Positions 24,997-38,022 of a stretch of 64,000 nt of DNA are shown piece by piece. A program made the position numbers and the translations under genes. Below the pieces are notes generated by a model. That model did no database searches. It was not told the origin of the DNA and saw only the letters and a list, made by a program, of their open reading frames with translations. Positions within the stretch are counted from its first letter, which is position 1, and each line of letters starts with the position of its first letter. Source of the stretch: Podarcis bocagei. Lineage: Eukaryota. Location of the stretch: the NCBI GenBank assembly GCA_964188305.1, contig OZ076886.1. One strand, 5' to 3'.

Positions 24997-25407
24997 CATA
25001 CCCTCCAACATTTTTCCAATGAAAATAGGGACATCCTAAGGAAAAGTGGGACATTCTGGGATCAAATTAGAAACCAGGTGTAGGAAGAGGAGTGCGGTGG
25101 GCACGGTCCACACCGGGTGTCATCCCAGAGGGGGGGTGACAAAATCCCCCCAGGCGGGTCGCCACCACGCCGCGATCAGCCCCCCAAGGCAGATCGTGCC
25201 GCTGCGCTATGATTGCCCCCCCTGCAGATCGTGACGCTCCTTGGCTGGATCGCACTGTCCCTTGAGCGGATCACCCCACCCCCATGGATGGATCACCCCA
25301 CCCCTGGGTGCACAGCATATGAGCCGCTCCGGGTGCCTGAGCGGCTAGCTCCGCCACTGAAACCAGGACAGCTTCTCTAAATCTGGGACATCCCTGGAAA
25401 ATAGGGT
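24997..25407. mobile_element. Non-autonomous DNA element with GGGAC repeats, host of a nested MITE
   Basis: CATACCCTCCAACATTT...AAAATAGGGACATCC, resumes after 25367 with GGGACATCCCTGGAAAATAGGG. Confidence 0.6.
25079..25359. mobile_element. GC-rich hAT-type MITE, nested
   Basis: 8-bp duplication AAACCAGG (25071-25078 and 25360-25367); right end GCTCCGCCACTG; CpG-rich. Confidence 0.7.
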
Positions 25408-25466
25408 CAGCAGTAGCTGCAGCCGTACTTGGATCGGGATAACTTTCCCACTGGATTCCTTGCACT

Positions 25467-25860
25467 AGTAACCCTGAGACTGGATTACTGTAATGTGCTT
25501 TGTGTCGGGCTGTCCTTGGGCCTCTTCCAGAAGCTCCAGCTAATGCAGAAAACTATGGCTAGATTGCCGATAGAGGCAGGAGGCTGACGGCATTTGACAC
25601 CTCTGCTAGAACATCCGCTCTGGCTGCCCATATGCTACTGAGCAAGGTTTGAGGCTCTTGTGATGATGTACAGGTTGCCTGGGTCCTTATATCCCAGCTC
25701 AATCGCTGAGATCATCCAGAGGAATGTGGTTAGCTATATCCTGTGCTTTAGAAATCTAACTGGCTTCAATTAGAAGTCAGGCATTTTATGTTGCTGGTCC
25801 CATGCTATGGAATAATCTTCCAACAGACTTCCGTCATCAGATGAGCCTGACTGGAGTCAA
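25467..25860 (+). mobile_element. Old L2 fragment
   Basis: Translates LVTLRLDYCNVLCVGLSLGLFQKLQLMQKTMARL..., degenerate L2 ORF2 C-terminus. Confidence 0.75.
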
Positions 25861-26059
25861 GCAAGCTTTGGGTGGATGAGTCCCAAATTTAGTTTATTGT
25901 CTGCTATGTTATAGAATTCAATTGGCTGAGAATGTCTTAAAGATAGGAAGTTTTTAAATTTTTCACCATCGCCCATCTTTCTTCTTCTTTGCAACTGTTT
26001 GTATTTTATTTGAAAAGGATTGTAAACCTTCTAGAGAAAAAAGAAAAATCTGGGTAGCC

Positions 26060-26185
26060 ACAGATTCCCCATTCCCTCATTGGGTGATGTTGGGCCAGTA
26101 GCTGCCTCTTTGCCTAACCTACCTCCCAGGTTTTTTGTGAGGATAAAATGCGTAGGGAACAAACATGCCTGCCACTTTGAGTATG
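26060..26185 (+). mobile_element. CORE-SINE (MIR/Squam3-like) remnant
   Basis: TGGGTGATGTTGGGCCAGT...GCCTAACCTACCTCCCAGGTTTTTTGTGAGGATAAAATG. Confidence 0.7.
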
Positions 26186-27394
26186 GAAAGTATTAATGGC
26201 GCTGAGGGGTTCTTCATGGGCAGGGGGGCATCTTTTAATGTCAGCTCCCCTCTGTCTCAGCCCAGTTAACTGTCTCCTCATTTTGTGCTGCTCATACCCT
26301 TACCTATGCAGCCTTCTATGCAGTCCTTTTAATGGTGCTTCACAGAGTCATCTTAATACCTACACTGATCTGCTGGTTTCTCCCATCTAGGTGATAATGG
26401 GATTACTAGTGCCTACCCCCCAAACTGAACAATTGGGACCACATCCATCACCTTCATCCTTAATGAAAGAAATAATTGTCACGGGCTGACGTGTGTTTAC
26501 CTCTCAGAGGCTGAGTCATTTATCTACACAAGTTCCCAGAGCTGATAAAATACTGTCATGTCATGTGAAATCCAGACAGCTGTAAATCAAAAGGATAATA
26601 ATGTGTGTGTGGCACTGGAGATGAGCTGGAATGGTTTCAGTATATAGAATATTTACACCAGGTTCCTGCATAATATGTCTATTAAAACCCTATCAACAGG
26701 GGTGTTCGGTGTGCCTCCTATCTATCCATCCCTCCTCTAAACAGGTTTGCACCAGGCTTTGCCTTGATTCCCTCCGGAAAGCATAACTGCGTAGGTCTGC
26801 CTATTTGGTTTTCTTCCTGATTGATTGCCAAGGCTAGAAATTTGCATGGTCCCCAGCACAGGCACCAAATGTATGCATTTCCCCAAAGGCTCCAGTGTTG
26901 TAATTTCCTCCTTGCACCCTGAAAAGCACATGTGGGGTAGATAATGGTAGCAGAAGCATGAATGACTGATATGGGTTCAGGAGTTTTGTTTTGCTATGCA
27001 TGTTCTTCTGGTTTCTCAGACAGGTATGACCTGTCCCCCATTAAACTCACGAGACCTCACAAGTTCTTAGGAGTGGGTGAAGGCAGCAGCATTTACAAAA
27101 GGGGCTGCAACAGACCAGACAGGCCTTTTTTCCTCATTGAGTTCTGCCATGCCCTCAGTTTAGAGTCTTCCTTTGAGGCTTTAAGTGGTTACTGCTTTCC
27201 AGTCAGTTACGATGTTTTGGCCTATCAAACAGTGAAAAGTCAGATTTTCATTGTTGCAGCTTGGCCAGAAATGGCATTTTTAGGATCTCAAACATAGGGG
27301 GGACCCTCAGAAGGTTCTGAGGTGACACACGGTTCCTAGCCATAACTTGGGTTAGGCCTGGCCTGACACCACTCACCTCAAGCTTGTGCCATTT

Positions 27395-27774
27395 GGGTGG
27401 CACTGTGGTCTAAACCACTGAGCCTCTTGGGCTTGCCGATCAGAAGTTTGGCGGTTTGAACCTGTGTGATGGGGTGAGCTCCTGTTGCTCTATCCCTGCT
27501 TCTGCCAACCTAGCAGTTCTAAAGCATACCAGTACAAGTAGATAAATAGGTACCGCTGTGGTGGGAAGGTAAACGGCATTTCTGTGCACTCTGGCTTCCA
27601 TCACAGTGTTCTGTTGTGCCAGAAGAAGTTTAGTCATGCTGGCCACATGACCCAGGAAAGCTGTCTGTGGACAAACACTGACTCCCTCAGCCTGAAAAGT
27701 GAGATGAGCACTGCACCCCATAGTCACCTTTGACTGGACTTAACTGTCCAGGGGTCCTTTACCTTTTTACCTTA
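27395..27774 (+). mobile_element. Sauria SINE (Squam1), long variant
   Basis: GGGTGGCACTGTGGTCTAAACCACTGAGCC...GTAGATAAATAGGTACC...GTCCAGGGGTCCTTTACCTTT. Confidence 0.93.
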
Positions 27775-27867
27775 TTCCTCACTGTTAACTCCCATGGGCT
27801 TTCCTCAGCAACCATGCTGAGATGCGTTTCGTCAAACATCACAGTGGACATTCAAAGTGAAGAAGGA

Positions 27868-28000
27868 GAATCATAGAATCATAGGGTTGGAAGGGACCCT
27901 GAGGATCATCTACTCCAACTCACTGCAATGCAGGAATATGCAGCTGTCCCTTATGAGATTAAACCTGCAGCCTTGGCATTATCAGCACCACGCCCTAACC
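27868..28000 (-). mobile_element. tRNA(Ile)-derived SINE with CR1 tail (POM-SINE-like)
   Basis: Minus strand: GGTTAGGGCGTGGTGCTGATAATGCCAAGG...GGGACAGCTGCATATTCCTGCATTGCAG...GTCCCTTCCAACCCTATGATTCTATGATTC. Confidence 0.8.
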
Positions 28001-28709
28001 TTGCCACAGCTAGATCCTTGCCACAGTGCCACGCCAACTCTGCTTACCTTGCTATAATTAACAAAATTGTGGCCTGTTTTCACCCAACCACCATGTGTTT
28101 TTCATCTTATTGTTCCCAAACATTTCTCTTTGGAGCAGACTAATGAACTTGCCCTGCAATTTTTCCCACGAACAGTCCTTTGCCTAGCCCTGTGCAAGCA
28201 GATTTTGCCATGTTTGCAAGGATTAAATTGCAAGGGGTGGTTTCCTACTGAGATCAATGTTACAACTAGCAATGTCATCACCATCACTTCACAGATTCAA
28301 AAGTATCTAATGGGAGAAAGCCTGTGTCAAATAGATAAAGCACTTAACAGCTTCTCCACCAAATGAATCTCCTGGGCAGTGATTGGTAAATCATCAGAAT
28401 GATGGAACTCTGGGAGTCAGCTAAGGAAGGTTGTAGTAGATCCGTAAAGGGTCTGCTCTGGAAAGTCCAAGGTCTCTGATCACCCTCTCCCCATCAGCAG
28501 TATGAAGTGGTGAATTTCTCTGCTACATCAGCTCAGAGCCAATGAAAAGTTGCAGTCTTCACCACTGTGCTCTCCTAGACATGTCTACTCAGAAATAAAC
28601 CTCATTGTATTCAATGGGAATTGTTCCCTGGTGATGCCAGACTACAGTGCAAACTCAACAATATGTTAAATTTGTGGTCATATTTTAAAGAAGAGCAGCT
28701 CCCTAATCT

Positions 28710-28927
28710 GGATGGCAACCAGACTGTCGGGAAGGGGATTTAACCCTCTCTCCATAATTGTTTTCCCAGTGGTGCTATTTGCCCTGGAAAGAAAGATGCC
28801 CTCTGCTCCCATATCAGTTTCTCTCCCAGGGCAAATAGCAAATGGTGGGGTGTGGGTGGGTAGTTTTAATTGGAGAAAGGCCACAGGGGTAAGGGTTAAC
28901 CCATCCCCTGGTGTTGTGGTCACCATC
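28710..28927. mobile_element. Palindromic (foldback) MITE-like element
   Basis: Perfect inner inverted repeat TGCTATTTGCCCTGG / CCAGGGCAAATAGCA; looser outer arms GATGGCAACCA..GGGGATTTAACCCT / AGGGTTAACCCATCCCC..TGGTCACCATC. Confidence 0.55.
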
Positions 28928-31900
28928 TTGATTGGAGGCCCTGCAGCTGTGATCACACATTTAATGTTCCATCTAGTCTGGCCTTAAGCTTTTGAATATG
29001 CTGATAGCTGGGTTTTCTCCCCTGAAACCAAGCCCAATTAAAGAAAAGAATACACAGCATATTTTAATATTCCTTTAATTAGTGTCAACATATTACGTGG
29101 CTCCTTATTTCCACTGCACCAACACTGCTTAGGTTGTACCAAGGACTCCTAATGGCCCTCCTAGTTACATGACTGCATGAGATTCTGGAAATTGCTTGTG
29201 GTTACAGTAAACAAAACAAAACAAAGCAGTGGTTGGCTGATTCACACATTATGTACCCAGTGATCGCCAGGATCACTTGCATGCCTGGGTGAATGACACA
29301 ATGTCCCAGCTAGTTTTGTTTGGCAAAGTCCTTTCTCCAGGAAATCAGAATGAAAAAAAGAAGGCAAAGGGTTCAAACAGACCCAAACCTTCAAGGGAGC
29401 CTTGGACAGTATTCCAAAATGCAGCTTTTACTCATTGCTGGTAACTTGACTGGTGTTCAGCTTCCAAAGTGGCACAGCCAATGAGTATATATTGCCTCTT
29501 TAGAAAGTTCCCATCTCCAAACCACCCCAGCAGCGATCCCAAACATCAGCATTAGCAACATGCCGTGATCATAACTCCATGGTTGACTTTTATTCCCAGT
29601 TAATGATTTCCCCTCACTAAAAGAAAAAGAAAAACCATTAGCAAGACACAGAGATTATCTCGAGGAGCTGCTGTAGCAACAGCTAAATGTGCTTTCTCTA
29701 TTTTGCAGGTGAGAATATTATTTCAGCTGCCAGCAGCAGTGGCCTGCCTTTGTCCTTTGGAGGTGGCCCCTTGTACCAAGTTTGCATTCCAACTGAGAGA
29801 AGCTTCCCCCCCCCCCACCCCCGTGCTCCAAGTATATTTGGATGCAAAGACACAGGCACACAAACACCCGGCTCCTACGGGTGCCCAGCCCTGCTGCCTG
29901 GATAAACAGCAACCAACCTATTTCTGGTCCAAGTCCTCCTGCATCTACTTTACATGCCTATTCATAGGCAAACAGTGCATTGTGCCAGAAATGCAAGCCA
30001 GTGCCTTTTCAGGAGTGGCTGGATCCTGTCCAAGCCTTAGCTAATTGGACCATAGGGACTCTGCCATTTGCCACACCCTGATTAGCTTTTGTTTTGAAAT
30101 CCAGATGGGAGAAACTCCATGGATAGAGATGCAGATCATACAAGGTATTGATTAATAGCTGCAAGAGGTAGTTGGAATTTTATGAATCACTAATGTTTAT
30201 CCCCACTTGGTGTCTTTGGTTCACAAGGAAGAAGAAACGCTCTGGCCAAATGGCATATGCTGGATTTAGGTTGCAGTCCTAAACCTATTGGCTTGGAAGC
30301 AAATCACACTGAAATCAATGGGCATTCTGAGTACACATGGTAAAGGCTGTGTTCAAATTATGGCAGTAAGGTGAGGGGTCATTAACAAAATTCACCAGCC
30401 TCACTCCTTGAGACACCTCCCTGATTTAAGAAAATAATTTTCTCCATAGTATTCTAAAAAACCGTATTAAGTGAACTGTTACAAAAGCTATGGGGCTGTG
30501 CCCAGCAGTGGATGACATGGTGGGCCACCACCACTCATCTGAACTCTGGTCAGTTGCATCACCGCTGCTTACCAGCAGTAAAGAGGTGAGGTGGTGGAGA
30601 GATTGGCACGGTGCAAACACACCAGTAGAGTCACTCCATCACTTCTGCTACTGTGTTTGCACAACACCGACCTTCCTACTACCTCCCCCTCTACCTCTCT
30701 CAGTAAGCAGTAGCAATGCAATCAACTGGAGGTGAGCAGCAGTTCACCAACATGCCATCAGCTACTGGCTGAGGCCCACTATCACCTGAGCACTGACTTT
30801 GAGCCACTTAAGACTGATTTGCATGAGAGCTATGAATTACCAAGCATGAAGCAAGTATTGAATTGATACTGATCATTTTGCTGTGTACCCAGTGGCCATT
30901 GATTGCACCCAAATTACCTAAGAAGCTCAATACACTAGTGTATACACTTTTCAGAGATGTGTGGTAGCACTGCTAGAGTAATCTGGGCATTATAGTCATG
31001 TGATCATTTCACCATATGTTCCCTTCAAGATAGGAAATTAAAGCAAAACTATACTTTACATTGGAGATTCAAGATAATTTTCTTCTTCCAAAAGCTGTCA
31101 TGGGGGTTGTCCTGATTTGAATCAGGGTCACAGCATGGAGGGACAGTCATGCAGATGTGCTACTATCCTTGGACTAGAAGGCACACATTGTTTGACATAC
31201 ATTAGACAACACCCTTTGCTGTGGCCCCATTTAAAATGGTCAGGGATGATGGGAGATGTAGTCCAGTAACATCTTGAAGTCTGCGGTTTATAGAAGGCTG
31301 ACATCAGGATTCTGTGATATGGAGTGTTCCTCATCATAATGGATTATAGAAGTTCAAGGAGTGGTGGGGCAAAAAGGCAGAAGTCCAAGAACATCTGGAG
31401 GACCACAAATTCCCCTGCTTGACAGAGAAAAGACAGCTATTTCACACAGGACACAGAGGGAAACCCTCATCCATCTCAGGATGTACCCTTGACAGGAAGC
31501 CACAGGTAATAAATGCTCTCTGACAAGAGTACCTGTGCTCCCCACATTCTTTGTGCACATACATTTTAACTGCCCCCTTAAAGGGATTTTCTATCAGTGG
31601 AACTTATAGCTTCCTGGACAAATCATGCATTCCTGTATTACATGCAAAGGAAACTATCCTGACAAGCAACAGGAGCAGATGCAGAGGGGTCTCTTTGCTG
31701 TGAGATACACCGATATGCGAAGGCGGTGGTGGAGAAAGACTTTCCGTGCTGCAGAAAAAGAAGGCAGCATCAGACAAATGAAGGCATTTGACTCCCATTC
31801 TTTGGGTTTTATAGAGGCATTTTCTTTTAATTGAGTAGACCATTGTTTACGGAGTATAACCTCTTCCTTCCCCTTGTAAGTGTTCTACCCACTTTAATTA

Positions 31901-32632
31901 AGAGGGATTGAAACAGGATATTTCATCTTGCCGAGGAGGCAGGAGAGGACGCAGCTGGGGCTTCTTGCCTTAATACTGCACCACACAGCTTGTGATAATC
32001 AATTGCCATCATTCATCCTCACTTTACAGCATAATATCCAATGGTCGGCTGGTGAGCCGGCTAAAAATAGCTCAAAGATGACAATTATTATGAGGCAGGG
32101 TTCCTCTGTGCTGCACACAAACGGATGATCAAGCCAGGGCTAGGCTTCTGGATTTGGGATGACAGACCATCCATTCTTGTGAGCCCTCCCTGGATCACAA
32201 AATCCATTCCGAAAAGCCTGAGCAACGGCAGGCCAAATGAAATCAGGGACTTCGGGAGACAGCGGTGGGCCTCCACTAAATGTCTAAATGGAGCGGACTG
32301 AATTATGGCGGCTGAGCAAATGGCATTGATTGAAATTCAGCTACGGGAGTAGCAAGCACTGGGGAGTGTGTGTGTTTGTTTCAATTTATAACCCCTCGTA
32401 TCCTGAGGGCTCATGGTGGATATTAACAGTAGTTTTACAAGGTTGTTTTTGAAGGTGACACACTTTTGAACAATACACATGAATGAAGCCATATAAATCA
32501 TCAAACAGCCACGGGCTGCTCTGCTCTCCCACGACCCCAACCAACCAGGTGCTCCCTGCCCATCTGTGTTATGAAAGCTGCATATGGATTTGTGATGATA
32601 CATTGCAGCCATTGTAGCACAGTGTAAAGGCT

Positions 32633-32757
32633 GGAGGAGGAGGAGGAGGAGGAGGAAAGCCCTTCAGATGATTTTGGACTCCAACTCCCATCAGACCCAG
32701 CCAGCATGGCCAATGGTGAGGATGTCCAACAACAACCGGAGGGCCACAGCTTCCCCA
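32633..32757. mobile_element. (GGA)n run plus common squamate hairpin MITE
   Basis: CAGATGATTTTGGACTCCAACTCCCATCAGACCCAGCCAGCATGGCCAATGG...GTCCAACAACAACCGGAGGGCCACAG; relatives near 8825/9180, 31245, 42480, 44410 and 61080. Confidence 0.65.
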
Positions 32758-33076
32758 TCTCTCCCCCCCCCCAATCCACCTGCTACAGCCCATACAGACT
32801 AGAAACTGGTTGAGCAAGCAGTTGCTCTAGGAGCTTCTTCTCCACAGTAGACATATTGTGTTTTGCATCAATAGCACCAAATTGCAAATGCAAGCTCTGC
32901 TGCATGTGGATTGATGTGTGCTGGCAGTATGCAGGATACAAGCATACAAGGGTACAAACACAGATCAAAGTGGTCAACATGGCATTGGCAGCAACTGAGA
33001 AATATTTCAAATATATCCATGGGACTGATGTTGTAGGAATTTACCCCAACTTTCTTTATGTTTGTCTTCTGACAAC

Positions 33077-33212
33077 TAGTGCTATATTTCTAGGAAAAGA
33101 GGGGCCGGAACTCACCATGAATGCCTCCCTTGTTCTCTTATAGTAACAATGGCGCCCACCTGAGAGGTGCTGGAACTGAGTTCCAGTGACTTCTGGTGGA
33201 AAAAAAGCACTG
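33077..33212. mobile_element. hAT MITE, family C
   Basis: TAGTGCTATATTT ... AAAAAAAGCACTG with 8-bp TSD CTGACAAC/CTTACAAC. Confidence 0.8.
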
Positions 33213-33235
33213 CTTACAACTAAGTACGTACGTAC

Positions 33236-33262
33236 GTGTGTGTGTGTGTGTGTGTGTGTGTG
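33236..33262. repeat. (GT)n microsatellite
   Basis: Direct reading. Confidence 0.95.
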
Positions 33263-36200
33263 TACACATATGTACACACTTTGCTTCCCAAATGTTATTA
33301 AATTCATAGAACTAATTTTATTTTTAGTATTTAGCTCATTTTCTTTCTAGAAAAACACACAGTGATTTAAATTTCGGTGGCAGGCATGGAAAGACATTGA
33401 TGCTGCAATCCTATGCCCACTTACCTGAGAGAAAGTCCCATTAAATTCAACAGGACTGACTTTTTGATAGATGTATCCAGTACGGAATTGCAAATGCCTC
33501 ACATGTGTTTATTTTAAAGCTTGGAAATGTTTGTTTCTCTGGATCTCATTTTGGTTAGGGTTTGGAGTGAAGAAGGCAAAAGGCACCCGAAAGCTCAGAG
33601 CTGGAAGCTGGAGGGAAAATTTACTTTAGATTTATAAAGCACAACTAGATGATAACAGGCTCATCTCACCTGTTATGGTGCCAGAAAAGACTGGGTAGAT
33701 TATTCATTGTGCAATTAGCATTAATTGTTGTTCAGCTTGCTCAGCAAACTCCTACTGACTTCAAGGAGAATTCATCTGAAGAACATATGCTTGGGACTGC
33801 AGCTAGGGCTGCCAATTCTGAGATAAAACAGCCTGGTACATAGGTGGAATCTGGGCGCAAATGAACGATGAAGTCTTGTGGTTGAAGTCAAGGGCTGGAG
33901 AGGGGTTGAAGCCAGCATCTTCAGCTGATTTGAGGTGGGGGAGCTCAGTGCCTTTTGGCAGCCCTATGGCTGGAGCTGTTTGGACTCACACTTAAATCCT
34001 CTGAGCAAAGTCCATGGGCTACATATGACACACACACTCTCCTTCTGTTGGAGGATGACTTCATTTTTTAAAAAGCCTTATAAATTTTTATTCTGATTAT
34101 ATCTTTGTAAGCCAGATCTGATTTTCCTCCCTGGTGAAGTTTCTTGAAAGAGTGCAATGTAGCCAAGAATTAAACACTTTTCAGTTCCATTGGTTTCAGA
34201 CGCCGTGAGTCAAAGCACATGCTGAACTTTTCTGTTCGCTAAAGCAGGGCGGTGGCCTAAATCGAAATCAAAAATTTGAATCCCTAAGGTTATGGGGAAA
34301 GCTGTGAAAACACGCTGTGTGTGCATGTGTAAAGGGAAAGTGAAATATTCAGAAACCACAAGACGCAGAAACCAATTTCCAAATGTATTATGCTCTGTGA
34401 TCTAATGATTTTGAGTTTCATCCCATGTGATGGTATTAGGCACTATTAGCGCTTTGGGTTACTGCGGCTAATTGGAATCTGAAGATAATGAGAAGAAAAG
34501 CACGTCAGGTTATCATGCGATGGGTTGTTTGCAGGGGGTGAGGGACAAAAGTTGGAGGAAATTTTTGAACTGAAGCATGAAGCTAGATGTTTTCTGTTTC
34601 ACAAAGGGAAGTGGCTGCCCTCAGGTGACTGGTCCTCCCATGACCCTGAGAGATGTGGGCTAACCCTCCCCGCCCGCCCCCACCACTATTTTCTTAGTTA
34701 AAATTCATCTCCCCAAGCTGCTATTGACACCTTCAGGAAAATGTTATATTTTCTGTGTGTTTTCCTCTGTGGAGAAAATAATAGCTATGGTGGGATGGTT
34801 TGGGAAAATGTGGGCAGCTTGTGGGTTAAGTTGCCTCCCCCAAGCTGCTATTCATATTTCTAAAAAAAAAATATGAGTAATAATCAGGAGTCCCTGAATG
34901 AAAACCATGTGAATGGTTCAGCCTGAACATAACTGGCTAGAGCAGTCATAAGCTGGAGGACAGAGCCACTGTTGCATCCCAAACTCTGCCAGCCCCTGAC
35001 AATAGGGGAGGAACAGAGGATGGTTCTTTCATTCTTCCCTGCACCAATCCTTTATCCGTCAATAGGATGGCTTAGGCTGCCACACCACAAAGTGCTCCAT
35101 TTGGAGGCTCCAACCATTTGGCACTGCTGGCTGAGGCTGTAATCCCAAACATCTGAAAGGCACCAGTTTGTGGAACGCTACTTTAAATGGCAAAACCAGA
35201 ACTTTCAATTGAGCCTGTGTAAACAATGGCTTTGAAGTGCTTGGGAGACTTTGATAATGATAAAATGACTCACCGAGAGGGAAAATAGACTTCCCACACT
35301 CATGTGCAATCAGAAGCTTTTTATGATAGTTTGAAATAGAACTGAAACTTGCCAATCAAGAAGGAAGGAGGGAGGGATGTCTATCAGTATCTCAGGAAAT
35401 ATTGTTTCATTTTTTTCCCCTTCATTCAAAAGATACTATCTTTTCTGGTGAAAGTAACCACACATATGTTTCCTTTTTACTTATGTTAGAGAAAAATATT
35501 TGAGTCTTAAACTGAATTAGTAGTCAACAAATACAATATAATGGAGGGATGTGAACTGTTTTTGGACTCAAGTTCTAACTTTGGTGGCTGCATTTTGCAG
35601 CCAGTGAAGTGCCCAGTCTTTCTTTATGGGTGAGCCTATGTTGAACCCATTACAGTCACATACTCTGGATGTGTCAGGTGGACCACAACCACATTTGGTT
35701 CCTCTAAGAAAGACTGCAACTGGTGTGCCTGAGCCAAAAGCTTTGTACACCTGAGAAAGACCTTACATCAAGCATTTTAAACACTGGATGGTCCAACAAA
35801 AGATTGGACTGCAGTACATGTTGTAAATTATCACCACACCAATGCAGCAAGTGGGATCTGCCTACAGATGCAGGCTTCAATGGGTTTGCATGTTATAATG
35901 CTCATCTGGGCCCCATTGAAGCAGCTGAGTGCATCTTTTGATGTGGATGGGAATATCTCCTCCCACTCAGGACCAAGAGAGCTGGATCAAGGCCAGTGTT
36001 TCTTAAGCCACCCATGAGCTTTGAATACTTGGAGGCAGGAGGTCTGGCCTCTAATTATTGCATGTGGTGGGGTCAGTATTTGCAGTGCTTAACATGGATT
36101 CTAAACTTCTTGCAGGAAAAGGCAGTACTGTAGATGTTTTACCACCGACTTAACTGAGGTGCAGTTGAGTAAGTGCTGTTGGAAAATTCTGCTTTCTGTA

Positions 36201-37754
36201 CCCCCTCCCCCAGCAGACACACAGAGACTTAAAAGAAACCTGGGCGAATTCATATAAATTATCTTGCATTTAGTTATTAATAACATATTACATAATTGAA
36301 AAAACAGAGTCAGCCAAACTCCGCAGATGTAGAAGGCTTTTTAAAACATCACATCAGTCCAATAAATTCACTTTAAAAGCATTTGTGTTTGATCACTTCC
36401 ATGGCATCATCTATTTATTTATTTTGTTCAATCTGGGAGTGGGGGTTCAGAAGCAGCCGCTCCATGTTGTAAAACCTATTTGTTCCTGGTTTGGCATGTT
36501 TTCTGCTGCAGTGATTTCCCAGACTCCCTTTTTCCATGCTGCTGATGTAAAGGCGAATCAGTCCTTCTTGAAACAAACAAAATAAGATTAATGAAAACAA
36601 AGATTAAGCCAATGGGGACATTTCTGAATTCAGCATCACATTGACCACCATCTTAGGCATTTAAGCAAAATCTCCCAGGTTACTGAGGTCCAAAGATTAT
36701 ACCATTGCCTACAGTGATATATCTTGTGGGCATGTGCCTTCCATGTGGAATACTCTCTCAATCACAGCAAACACCAACTAAGAGATGTTTTCACCACTTA
36801 TTGAAAGATGTGCCTGTCCACCCAGGCTTCCCCCAACTCTTAATATCATTAGTACTATTTCCCAATGTTCTTGGTCATTCTGGTGAAGTAAATTTGAGTT
36901 GGGAGAATCTTCTCATGAATTTCCCAGCATGCTAAGGGTTTCTTCAGTCTGTGACCATGGCCCCACTTACTCCCTGTGTTGAAAAATAAGCAACCACAAC
37001 AATCTAAGCAGGTGCAGAATTTCAAGAAATGCCATACAGTGTGTTTATTTTTGGAAACTCATCATAGGATTCAAATTTGTTTGGAACTCTAATCTGAAGC
37101 ATGTGCATCATATTAATTAATCTAGCCCTAATTTCACCACCTTCTTCTTCTTCCTCGTCTTCCTCTGCCAGCATGGTTCACTTGGCAAGGTCATTAGGTT
37201 AATAATACCATCAGCCTTGGTATTAGATCCTCAGATTAAACTCATTACAAATCCAGGGGTCTCTGACTTTGATGAACTTTGCTCCCTTTAACATACTGTA
37301 CCCAGAGCAATGGATTGCCTTTGCCTAAATTAAGTTTCGGTATTTATTATGGGGAACAGTAGGTCAACTCTGGCTCCCAGTTACAAGCCGAAGTAAAGGA
37401 AAGTGAATTCTAAAGCATAATATAGGCTTCACTCAGCCTTTCCAATTCTCCAATGGAGAAGCAAATGTGAGGAAGCTAAGGCAGCAGGGACCAAGCTATT
37501 TCCCAGAATTATGAGGTTGTTTACAAAGACCTTTTTTTAACACTTAAAGGGCTGATGCAGGGGCTTCCCCCTCAACTACAAAAGGAAGGACTTTTCACAA
37601 ATGTGGGGGGGGGGTGGGGTTCATCCAAAGAAGAGCAGAAGGTAATTAGATAAAGTACAACATCTGAGCTCAGTTAAAAATAAATAAAAATAAAGCATTG
37701 TTATTACTGTATGCCATTTAATGGGCTGCAATGAGCTGAATGCTGCAACTTATA

Positions 37755-38022
37755 CTGGCATGAGTCTGTCTCAGGAGACATTGGAGGAGTGTGCCTTTGG
37801 AAGTGAAGTCAAACTGTTGGAAGGTTATAGTGTCTAGTGTGGCTGTAGAGACAGATATGGGAGAGACATGTTGCAGCTGGGGCAGATGAAGACATCCAGT
37901 TGTACTGTTGCAGATGCACCATGGCGTTTCTTCTCTCTGCGCTCCTCCCAGCGGTCATTCCTCCCCTGGTTACTGCTATGGATGCACAACCTGACTCCCA
38001 GTCTCCAGGCACTGCGGTTGTC
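37755..38022 (-). mobile_element. RTE-clade LINE 3' fragment (second family)
   Basis: Minus strand translates DNRSAWRLGVRLCIHSSNQGRNDRWEERREKKRHG...FICPSCN, then after a frameshift CLSHICLYSHTR; RTE C-terminal zinc-finger region. Confidence 0.75.

Noticed and set aside
27815-27848. Second hammerhead-like string on the minus strand (CTGTGATG..GACGAAACGC)
   Set aside because: Core lacks CUGANGA, stem II is only about 2 bp, and there is no NUH site
27960-28000. tRNA-like sequence
   Set aside because: Truncated SINE head fused to a CR1 tail, not a tRNA gene
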